IMG/VR virus record: IMGVR_UViG_3300043414_001022
Span: 1 to 41,683 of that record
Source of the DNA: a virus
Lineage: Duplodnaviria; Caudoviricetes
DNA length: 41,683 bases
Reading direction: 5' to 3' (one strand)
The position numbers and the translations under genes are program-made. Under the pieces are notes generated by a model. The model was not told the DNA's origin. It did not search any database and was given only the letters and a program-made list of their open reading frames with translations. Positions 36,101 to 41,683 of the stretch are shown piece by piece. The stretch's first letter is position 1. Each line of letters begins with the position of its first letter.

Positions 36101-37241
36101 CCAAAACATCCCCAAGACATCGAGCTATGCCGTGAACACCCGCACGCTGAAAATGCCTAAGAATAAGGCCGCTTATTGGGTGCGCAACCATATCGGCCTT
36201 CCCAACACCGCGAAGAAAGGCAAGCACATCGGCAACTTCCAAGCCCTCGCCCCGTTTGCAAACATCTTTGTCCGCTCCTTTGAAAGCATGGCAAAGCTCC
36301 TCGGCGGCAAGGAGGCGTCCACCATGTCGCGCAAGGAATACATCCTCGCCTATTTCCTGCTGGGATTCGGAGCCCTTCAAATCCTGCAACGCATGGCCAA
36401 GGAAGGAATGCTTGGGGAAGACCTGGAGAAAGCCTATGCCGGAGCCAGCGAATACGACATCACCAACAAAGTTGTCGTTCCCCTGGGCACCGTCGATTCA
36501 CCGACTGGTTCAAAGTCCGCGCTTATGACTTTGCCGGTGGATGATAACCATCGCTGGATAGGAGCAATCTTTTCCAAGACCACAAAGGCTATGTGTCGCA
36601 TGGCGCAAGGCCGCCCGCTTGACATCGGCGGTCTGGACATTCTCACTGGCATGACGGCATCTTTGCCTGGGCAAAACCCCGTCATCGAAATTGGCGACAA
36701 GTGGGTTCAATTTTTCAGCAATAAGGATCCCGTCGATCACCGCAACCAGCCCATCCTTTCCGAGGACGAGAGGAAAGTCGGCGGGCTCTACGCTTTCAAA
36801 CCTATGCTGGGCTGGACCCTCAAGGAATCCGGCGTGGCCAACTTCTTCAAATACGATCCGAGAGCTTCCACCTTCACCGAGGCCGCCGTCGGTTCCGTGC
36901 CGGCATTCAACCGGTTCTTGAAAATCACCGACACCGGCACGCGTGAAGACCAGCGCCAGGCGGAAGACATCGAAGGCATCGTCAAAGCCAGATACCGCCT
37001 CAACATGCCGCCCCAAGTCACCGCCCTGCGGCAAGAATACTTCTGGCTCCGCACACGCGGCGAAGCACGAACCATGCGAGAGAACGACCGCTACAGCGAC
37101 CTCCAGGTGTTTGAAAATCTTTTTCAGCGAAAGCTCGAGGAGGCTGACACCGAGGAAACCCTGGGGAATCACTCCGCCGCCCAAAGCGCCATCCGCGAAA
37201 TCATCCGAGAAAGCACCGCCTCCCCCTACAGCCGCCGCTAA
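30123..37241 (+). CDS. Giant (2372 aa) polyvalent internal virion protein with ParB-like and HExxH metallopeptidase-like domains
   Basis: PIQAWRRLNGDVEVISGRHRFD (ParB/Srx GxxR), FMHEIGH with downstream EELFAD, FDPSTA repeats, hydrophobic Gly/Ala segments. Confidence 0.8.
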   Translation: MSFDPSTAVLLEEEPPAFDPSSAVPLEEFDASSAMLVEDAPALPGATPSPVPEPDEAIDFLRDAERNGQAADDQGIKEGIFPQGSTPWKTLDGRLYIDPARYNMAVEQMWNLGVIDSTNYTSLLKGTVDQWDEASQTYIPSVEKATAARRDLERRAGAFLQVKAAASGFLKGTMQAGAAIVAGPAAAAATSFTGPGAVAVGLTAGTGAVLAVGAAYDKALEASAKESDLLDSFYAANQLAPGYNSAGQLVSILVPTPVSVSRLANAANLIRAEKGGAEAAKFISGALGTGAAIGVGTDVAIQAANIGLDKLIHPEINPLIAAEQYRQTGQQPPQRPKFDPASTAISGTLGALTAGIGVKARNKTYAPEELVTLENQVRTGRASRQDAEDYNVMRQAVETLRSDERLIDAQAIRRATVDAAGFRFLDTTEIINPRFQQAALADAGFTPRPSQPAIPYAAENPQAAIPIQGQPAAYTGQAFLNRGGAAPAFQGGSNALPGPEGIQTLPAPAAVNPQVNPPVVSNDTFDPSTAVEIPPAASPFQTTSESYQSARSRPFENLLTEFNKLPAEQIQSRLQGMHEKARALGQSKKTEFESEQLHKTANDLNNHFFLILNPDQVTPQNIAHAQSYGFAIPPEASAPVASATIAPEATGSPEVISGEGSPISKVEGMKPVYFPVSQLKLSKDVPNFKDDADPNTGVVRGNELQGETDPRGLAPIQAWRRLNGDVEVISGRHRFDLFRRNNEPVIPTQIFNEADGFTKQDALTLDAELNIRDEQGTTKDYANYFRNSALSYDEARKRSLLSRAKGRAGFSIGALGSDDLYALQQGGRISDAKAEAIALAAPRDVELQRIGITYAKEFSPEALTQLIRTSQRAKSPSAKQGDLFGNSDDNLNKAVALVKASQARIQVIDNQILSVKGAVKRPEAAREMGVDVKNPEAILAKIAELQQARERYVNFLDDPATLAEVRLLAFGEEQVPLFTQTQDPFNLTSEPPPPATPASAEDAEAARRAAAIKDGYDSTPSMFDAGPAPKSRSKSMADAGPQAPVMPAATTIPKPALNTYNDAQVFADYPDAVGVVRAMNGTWTMPLILGGLDKVPVVEMPEAVEFVKALSGGSPTVQIPRKRNALGSFSPNGQGVITLHPDLIKAGGEASAMMTFMHEIGHNIQFMDDFRMEKGNLLGIISGKPTLKQGIPLDPNPAPVEGWAYSQQPITSKQREGIRKKAEADLRASLEGEVRKVIVNEPIYAQSGVTPEIVKGLFGLDGREQWPELYDWFARQDGATKANIVKQAMKGILDSRLAKFQVQGEQIGTNTREETQNIGGREPTQDELREAFHAAMRSEMNARNVADLKYIRQELIDLTKWWKPFDITRATPQHLAYRFSPEELFADAMSVLLNSPADLKTRAPIFYDTFWNNLDSRPQVKAKLVDIYDRISKGRDAVLDKRQARDWENYGKGDQAFLDAFNKATSRREALTGLWENLKDQYYDEFYPLTSAIEQGRKEGKLPTADNDPYRYLTEEHPMADGRLQLRMVDMQRVLMGLDKVGLPHYKLDDYLRYTRIAFEKYEVTKEVDGQMVTLGYELSPTNFNPEGETQRTAQDRLDYMQRNMSPEQWAVLQQSAKDFRDQFQDVVKFYWEEGMLSDELWEKFNTNDNYATFTVMEYVKGYTSSRMVSRQGTTKPIYRPTVEMPKKMVSMFRAAQRNKFKRVMVPQLTKVNPDIAKPAPMKFNGKFMEPQKPTEDGYELVTWREKGQTVGAHVRTRWAEAVNHHSPAMGDVILKSLNWGFRESVYKLIIQYNPNFQLFTGPVKDFGRALVNQPGGIKGRLSLIKNMTKDVLALSQSRDGRRVLMEFSGTSLAGIVGATGGAALGSAAGPAGMALGGVVAGNAATYAGFFAGRMFAAAIETLPWLPDDPSASVDWARGDLGRNALMREMIENYAIGGPWAYLGRGTATSNPDKAIDALMAKFNVGGESKPLPWIYRQVANYFNDVELAGQILQNIPKTSSYAVNTRTLKMPKNKAAYWVRNHIGLPNTAKKGKHIGNFQALAPFANIFVRSFESMAKLLGGKEASTMSRKEYILAYFLLGFGALQILQRMAKEGMLGEDLEKAYAGASEYDITNKVVVPLGTVDSPTGSKSALMTLPVDDNHRWIGAIFSKTTKAMCRMAQGRPLDIGGLDILTGMTASLPGQNPVIEIGDKWVQFFSNKDPVDHRNQPILSEDERKVGGLYAFKPMLGWTLKESGVANFFKYDPRASTFTEAAVGSVPAFNRFLKITDTGTREDQRQAEDIEGIVKARYRLNMPPQVTALRQEYFWLRTRGEARTMRENDRYSDLQVFENLFQRKLEEADTEETLGNHSAAQSAIREIIRESTASPYSRR

Positions 37242-38332
37242 AGCGGCTTCGGGCGGTTGATAAGATTGTGGTAGTGATTGAAAGTGGTCTGAATGTCCCT
37301 GTGCCGGAGCAACCGGCTCGCCACCTCAATACCATCCCTCGCCGCAATCTGAGCCCCGTATTCTTTGCGCAAGTTGTAGGCTCCCTTCTCACCGTCAGGA
37401 ATGTAGAGCCTCACAAATTCATTAATGCCGTAGTGCGTCAGGTCAAAAGCCTCCGTCTTGCTTGTCCTGGGAATGACATACTCGCTCTCGCCTGCAAGCG
37501 CCTTCTGGATCAACCGCAGCAACCGCGCCCGCATCGGCACGCGGCCGCTCCGGCCTTTGGGAGCCCAGTCGTCACGCTTAATCAATACCAGGTCCGCAGT
37601 GCCATCCTTCTGCCAATCCACCCAGCTCCACTTGAGATATTGCACCTCGTCATTACGCAAGCCCGCCTTGCGCATCAGCCAATAAATAGCCCAGACCCGA
37701 GGATTTTGACGCCGCAGCGGGATCCTCGCCGCCCGATCCATACGCCGGAGCGCCTCGCGGTCGATAGGCTGATAACCCTCCGTCGTCGCCGAGCCCCCCG
37801 ACACCGCCCAGAAATCCGTCAGATTCGGCAGCTTCAATTTTTCAAACAGGTAAAATCTTTTGCGGGCCACCACGCTCTTGATCGTCTGAACATCGGTATG
37901 GATGCCACTCTCCGAGCGCCCCGCCTTTTTCTGAGCCTCAATCCATCCCCGCATTGCCGAGGCCGTCAACACCAGGTGCGTGCTCTGCTCCTGCCAATCC
38001 TGCCGACTGGTCACCTCCTTAACAAAAGCCGCAAACCGGCTCAGGCTCTTCGTCACCGACGCCGCCGGTCCATGCACTTTGTAAATCTCCGCCACCTCGC
38101 CGCACTTTGCAAAGCCCGGCCGCTTCACCACCGCAGCAATCTTGTGCTCGTCCGCCGTAGCCAGCGCCAAGGCAATCGCCTTAGCCCTCACCAGCGCCGC
38201 CGTCTTCCCTGCCGCCGAGTGCAGATGCACGCCAGTGCTCTTGCTCACCCGCTCGCCATTTACTTGAACGCGGAAATACCAGGTGTTTTTCGCCGCAATC
38301 CAATCGACCGAAATCTCGCCATGTTTTCTCAT
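37238..38332 (-). CDS. int: Tyrosine integrase
   Basis: GLRNDE (R), PKG (K), AYNLRK (HxxR with H replaced by Y), LLRH, HY; N-terminal WYFRVQVNGERVSKSTG arm-binding domain; adjacent attP. Confidence 0.92.
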   Translation of the reverse strand: MRKHGEISVDWIAAKNTWYFRVQVNGERVSKSTGVHLHSAAGKTAALVRAKAIALALATADEHKIAAVVKRPGFAKCGEVAEIYKVHGPAASVTKSLSRFAAFVKEVTSRQDWQEQSTHLVLTASAMRGWIEAQKKAGRSESGIHTDVQTIKSVVARKRFYLFEKLKLPNLTDFWAVSGGSATTEGYQPIDREALRRMDRAARIPLRRQNPRVWAIYWLMRKAGLRNDEVQYLKWSWVDWQKDGTADLVLIKRDDWAPKGRSGRVPMRARLLRLIQKALAGESEYVIPRTSKTEAFDLTHYGINEFVRLYIPDGEKGAYNLRKEYGAQIAARDGIEVASRLLRHRDIQTTFNHYHNLINRPKPL

Positions 38333-38337
38333 AATAG

Positions 38338-38592
38338 GGACACCACTTTGGACACCACTTCGACCCTAAAAACAAAGCAAATCGCGCAAGCATTGCAAAC
38401 CCCTAAAAATCCAATAAGCAGCAATCTTCTGAGTGCTACAGAGGGAAAACGACACGAGGACGCCACTTTAAGAGAAGAGGGGGAGTGCAGCCATGAGGAG
38501 TCGAACCTCAAACCTTCTGATCCGTAGTTTGTGGATGGTGCGTTCATTATTATTGACTTATGTTTAAGGTTGCCACTTTGGACGCCACTTGC
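38338..38592. repeat. Integrase arm-type repeats, GGACRCCACTT consensus
   Basis: Tandem pair 38338-38361, single copy 38458-38469, tandem pair 38572-38592, flanking the att core. Confidence 0.75.
38486..38527 (-). other. attP core: 3' half of tRNA-Arg(ACG)
   Basis: Minus strand CTACGGATCAGAAGGTTTGAGGTTCGACTCCTCATGGCTGCA = anticodon loop CT-ACG-GA, T arm and acceptor 3' strand; no 5' half present. Confidence 0.88.
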
Positions 38593-38831
38593 TACTTTCG
38601 GATTTGACGCCATTCCTCGGGGTCGGGGCGTTCGGGGCGGCCGGTGGCGGTGTTGAGTTGGCGGCGGATCCAGGCGCTGAGTTTTTCGGGCTTGGCGGCG
38701 CGGACCCAGGCGGATTTTTCTTCGGGGTAGCAGAAGAAGAGGATTTTGGAGGTCATGTTTTCGGCTCCTTCGGGGTCTCGGGCGTTGTTGCGGTTTCCGG
38801 TGTTGCCGTGGGGTTCGTTAAGGTCTGTCAT
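38592..38831 (-). CDS. Small RHH-like DNA-binding protein
   Basis: KILFFCYPEEKSAWVRAAKPEKLSAWIRRQL. Confidence 0.6.
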   Translation of the reverse strand: MTDLNEPHGNTGNRNNARDPEGAENMTSKILFFCYPEEKSAWVRAAKPEKLSAWIRRQLNTATGRPERPDPEEWRQIRK

Positions 38832-38986
38832 TTCAGTGTTAATAGGATTTTTTCGGCGGAGCGCATAGCTTGTGCTAAATATTTTAAATTTACTGCAAGA
38901 ATGGCTGGCTTGTCGCTGTCGCGCAATACGAGTTTTGCGGTATCCGTAAGCAATGCCAGCGCATTATAGAGTTTGATGGTTTCCAT
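38828..38986 (-). CDS. Hypothetical 52-aa protein
   Basis: METIKLYNALALLTDTAKLVLRDSDKP...; ATGA overlap with the downstream gene. Confidence 0.55.
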   Translation of the reverse strand: METIKLYNALALLTDTAKLVLRDSDKPAILAVNLKYLAQAMRSAEKILLTLK

Positions 38987-39076
38987 TGTTTGGGTGCCGG
39001 AAATCGTCCGGCGCGGGTTGAGTTTTTAATGGGGGTGGGTTGATTGGGCTGAATTTTCGCGTCCATCCGCCTTGTC

Positions 39077-39244
39077 TTAAGTTGGCTCGGGGGTAATAAT
39101 TGGCTGGCCGTTTACCAGGGCGGGCAGAATTTCGGCGTCGTCCTGGGCAAGTTCGGCCTCGGTGCTGTGGCCGGGCTGGATGTCGAGACGGGCAAGCGCC
39201 GCCTCCATCTCGGAAGCGGCGCGGTTGAGTTGCTCGGGGGTCAT
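39077..39244 (-). CDS. Hypothetical 55-aa acidic protein
   Basis: MTPEQLNRAASEMEAALARLDIQPG...; ATGA overlap with the upstream gene. Confidence 0.55.
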   Translation of the reverse strand: MTPEQLNRAASEMEAALARLDIQPGHSTEAELAQDDAEILPALVNGQPIITPEPT

Positions 39245-39846
39245 GCTTCTTCTTCGATTTCGATGTGGGTGATGTGGTCAGCGTCGAAAGGCATATCTGC
39301 TCCGTCTTCTACTTCTGCTTCGGAGTTTTCAAAAAGGTAGAAAACCTTTGCGGATTTTCCGTTGATGGTTCCGCACTCGGCCCACTCCTGCTGATTTTCT
39401 TGGGCGTATTGGCCGGGGAGGCTGCGGCATGTCGCGTAGGCTCCGTCAGCGGAGGATTTGAATTTTGAATTTGCGGATTTAATTTCGTTGATGTCGGTGA
39501 TTTTCATATTGTGCGTTGGTTTGGTTGGTTTTTGGGGTTTTGTCAATAGTCGGCTGAATTCCATATCAGCAATACCCTGGGCATCGCTGGTGTCGCAGCC
39601 TTCGGCCTCGAGCTCTTCGACTCGGGCATTATATGCGGCGTGTTGGGGGCTGTCCTGGTGGCATGCTGGTAGGTTTCTAAAAAGCGCGTCAAACATTGAC
39701 GGGGTATTTTTGTATCCGCCCGCCCGCACGGTGGCGGAGCGGGATGCTTCCTCTTCCTGAGAGGAGAGAATTTGGACGGGGGCAGCAATGGTTTCGGAAA
39801 TGAGGTTGAAAGGCATTTCGGCCTCGGTGAATAGTTCGGTGCTCAT
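39241..39846 (-). CDS. Composite acidic early protein (probable internal start at 39507)
   Basis: N-terminal 54 aa resemble a segment of the giant protein; A/C-rich leader-like linker before Met114. Confidence 0.65.
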   Translation of the reverse strand: MSTELFTEAEMPFNLISETIAAPVQILSSQEEEASRSATVRAGGYKNTPSMFDALFRNLPACHQDSPQHAAYNARVEELEAEGCDTSDAQGIADMEFSRLLTKPQKPTKPTHNMKITDINEIKSANSKFKSSADGAYATCRSLPGQYAQENQQEWAECGTINGKSAKVFYLFENSEAEVEDGADMPFDADHITHIEIEEEA

Positions 39847-39858
39847 GGTTTGAAAGTC

Positions 39859-39881
39859 GGCGAGGGGATCGGACCCTCGCC
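39859..39881 (-). terminator. Hairpin GGCGAGGG-N7-CCCTCGCC
   Basis: 8-bp stem between the DUF932 gene and the next gene. Confidence 0.45.
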
Positions 39882-39890
39882 TGGTTGAGA

Positions 39891-40757
39891 TTAGGCGGTT
39901 TTCAGTTTTTTCATTTCCTCAGCCAGTGCCCACAGGGCGCGGTTGATGTTGGTGTTTTGGTCGATGCCTCCGATTTCGCGGGTGCGGCGCCGGGCTACGA
40001 GGCGGCCGTTTTCGTTGCGTTGGACATAGCCAAGGCCACCACGGACGAGGTTTTCTTGGACTGCGTTTAATGTGTTCCACATGGTCGGGGCTGCGTCCTC
40101 ATTGCGACGAAGGGTGAGGATCTGCTCGGCTTTGACGGGCGCGGGCTTCTCGGGGTCGTCATATCTGGCTACGAGGGCGGCGCGGGCAAATGCTTGTTGT
40201 TCGCCTGGGGTGAGTCGGAGCGCGGCCATTTCGTTGACGCTCTCGGAGACCTCGGGGAGCCGGTCGAGGATGCTGATGCAGCCTTCGATGACTTGGCCCT
40301 CGATGTTTCCCTTGTGGGGGATGCGGATGTCGTCAATGAGGTTTTGAGCTACTACCATGCCGTTGCCGCAGATGAGGCGGAAAACTCCGGCCATGAGGCG
40401 ATATGAGGAGGTGCCATCATGGGAGTTGAGTAGGACGATCTCGTTATGAGTGCCGCCGACCTGGAGCGGTTGGCTATCATGGCGGAGGCGGAGAAGGTGC
40501 TTTGTGAACCCGCGTTTTTCTTCCTCCCTGCTGCCGCCTTGCATGACTGCGTAAGGGCGGAAGCCTTCACGGGCAAGGCCGGTCAGGATTTCGCTTGTTG
40601 GAATGTATTTGTAAGCGGCGGACCGGCTGCCGTGGGCCTGCTCGGCGAATACCGATGGCGCAATCTGGCGGAGGCGTTCGGGCTCGATGGATCCGGTGCG
40701 GCTGGTGAAGTTTACCGCGCCGTTGCTGCGTGTCCTGGCGAATCGTGTGATTGTCAT
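39891..40757 (-). CDS. DUF932/DUF945 family protein
   Basis: APSVFA...SRS..Y.YIPT, FTKHLLRLR, EIVLLNSHDGTSSY, GVFRLICGNG, NAVQENLVRGG, LWALAE. Confidence 0.9.
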   Translation of the reverse strand: MTITRFARTRSNGAVNFTSRTGSIEPERLRQIAPSVFAEQAHGSRSAAYKYIPTSEILTGLAREGFRPYAVMQGGSREEEKRGFTKHLLRLRHDSQPLQVGGTHNEIVLLNSHDGTSSYRLMAGVFRLICGNGMVVAQNLIDDIRIPHKGNIEGQVIEGCISILDRLPEVSESVNEMAALRLTPGEQQAFARAALVARYDDPEKPAPVKAEQILTLRRNEDAAPTMWNTLNAVQENLVRGGLGYVQRNENGRLVARRRTREIGGIDQNTNINRALWALAEEMKKLKTA

Positions 40758-40772
40758 AATATGGGGCCTTTC

Positions 40773-40940
40773 TTAGATGGTAGGGTTAATGGTGGTGGCG
40801 GTGATTGCCAGGGCGATGAATGCGGCGGTTCCGGTGAGGAATGCGGCGGGGCCGTGGGTGGCGGTGAAAGCGACGCCGATGGCGAGGCTGATGCATGAGG
40901 CGGTGGCGAGTGCTGCCGCGAGGATGTTTTTTGTTTTCAT
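40773..40940 (-). CDS. 55-aa membrane protein
   Basis: MKTKNILAAALATASCISLAIGVAFTATHGPAAFLTGTAAFIALAITATTINPTI; two hydrophobic segments. Confidence 0.6.
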   Translation of the reverse strand: MKTKNILAAALATASCISLAIGVAFTATHGPAAFLTGTAAFIALAITATTINPTI

Positions 40941-41026
40941 TTTTTCGTTCCCGGATGTGCCGGGCCATTTTTTATTTTCCAGTTTCGCTGGACCGTGGCG
41001 GGCCTGTTGTGGCTCGCTTGGGAATG

Positions 41027-41054
41027 AACATATAAAGATTCAAATAGAGGGCAA
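41027..41054 (-). promoter_or_regulatory. Candidate sigma70-like promoter for the leftward early operon
   Basis: Minus strand TTGCCC-N16-TATGTT, preceded by a long A-tract. Confidence 0.4.
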
Positions 41055-41139
41055 GAATTATTTTTATTTTTTTTGAAAATATTTTTTCAGAAAATGCTTG
41101 ACACCTGCGGAGGCTGATAGAATGAGGCTCGGCGGGCGG

Positions 41140-41550
41140 CTAAGGAAATTTCTTGGCGGGATTTTCTGGCGTTTTTTTTACTGGCATGCCCCAAATTTCT
41201 TGGACGGGGGAAATAATTGCGATGCGTTGCGGGGGCATTTCGTCGGCCATGAATAGCTCGGCGGCGCGGTCGCCGTTGCGCCAGCGGGCGCGGAAAATGT
41301 GAGCGTTTGCGCCGGTCTCGGGCCAGCGTGGGCGGCCGTAATTTGTGAGCTGTGGCGTGATGGTGAGGGTGACCGGTGCCGCACCAATGACGTTGCCATT
41401 CCAATCGACGATTCCGCCGGGCGGGTAGGTTTCAATCAGGATTTCCATGGGCCGCGCAACGGGCTCGGCGCGGCGGGTGATTGGTTCAGGTTTCGGGCTG
41501 GCGCAGGCCGCCAGCAGGAGGAGCGCGAGAATAAGGAAAACCGGGTTCAT
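41140..41550 (-). CDS. Lipoprotein with PEGA-like domain, candidate superinfection-exclusion or lysogenic conversion factor
   Basis: Signal MNPVFLILALLLLAA-C lipobox; IETYPPGGIVDWNGNVIGAAPVTL; co-oriented downstream of the repressor across the junction. Confidence 0.75.
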   Translation of the reverse strand: MNPVFLILALLLLAACASPKPEPITRRAEPVARPMEILIETYPPGGIVDWNGNVIGAAPVTLTITPQLTNYGRPRWPETGANAHIFRARWRNGDRAAELFMADEMPPQRIAIISPVQEIWGMPVKKTPENPAKKFP

Positions 41551-41683
41551 GGTGGCTGGTGGCTGGTGGCTGGTGGCTGGTGGCTGGTGGCTGGTGGCTG
41601 GTGGCTGGTGGCTGGTGGCTGGTGGCTGGTGGCTGGTGGCTGGTGGCTGGTGGCTGGTGGCTGGTGGCTGGTGGCTGGTGGCT
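41550..41683. repeat. Perfect heptamer tandem array (TGGTGGC)19+T, right contig end
   Basis: Read directly; abuts the lipoprotein ATG. The two ends overlap for any 7n+1 length (e.g. 99 or 127), consistent with a circular assembly. Confidence 0.98.

Noticed and set aside
573-37241. Alternative genetic code or stop-codon reassignment
   Set aside because: Genes are intact and tile tightly under the standard code, with TAA, TGA and TAG all used as stops.
37268-38527. 419-aa plus-strand ORF
   Set aside because: Antisense to the integrase and runs through attP; no motifs.
38486-38527. Second complete tRNA gene
   Set aside because: Only the 3' half is present; interpreted as the attP core.
41548-41556. 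Perfect Kozak sequence GCCACCATG at the lipoprotein start
   Set aside because: By-product of the repeat unit; all other evidence indicates a bacteriophage. Assembly chimerism cannot be fully excluded without reads.
1-41683. Terminal arrays as telomeres or true terminal repeats of a linear genome
   Set aside because: They are direct, phase-compatible with a k-mer overlap, and flanked by co-oriented genes, so an assembler break in a circular molecule is simpler.

Overview
The window appears to be a complete, circularly assembled ~41.6 kb temperate tailed-phage genome with a podovirus-like virion module (no tape measure, sheath or tube genes recognised). The contig is cut inside a (TGGTGGC)n heptamer array present at both ends. 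The + strand carries: a ribbon-helix-helix (RHH) regulator, Xis-like HTH genes, a probable small terminase, a DEDDh exonuclease, a replication initiator with an internal iteron-like origin, DnaB, TerL, an SSB-like gene, scaffold, major capsid, an atypical initiator-like tRNA(CAT), portal, two paralogous adaptor genes, tail-fibre modules, lysis genes, a metallophosphoesterase, nozzle, internal virion proteins and a 2372-aa polyvalent protein (ParB-like plus HExxH). The - strand carries a tyrosine integrase with an attP matching the 3' half of tRNA-Arg(ACG), an early operon with a DUF932 gene, a lipoprotein and a second RHH regulator. The mostly SD-less A/C-rich leaders suggest a PVC-like host, but this is inference only. 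The most unusual observations are: (1) the heptamer array lies inside a stop-free uORF between the repressor and a lipoprotein, giving three predicted translational states by repeat number mod 3, and it is also an array of E. coli Chi octamers; (2) four TTGACA-N8/9-(T/C)A(T/G)AAT 'compressed promoter' motifs at module boundaries; (3) a 20/21 copy of the attP arm-type repeat inside terS beside a candidate pac site; (4) a ~50-aa module shared by the giant virion protein and a small early protein. All product calls come from motif recognition by eye; no searches were run.
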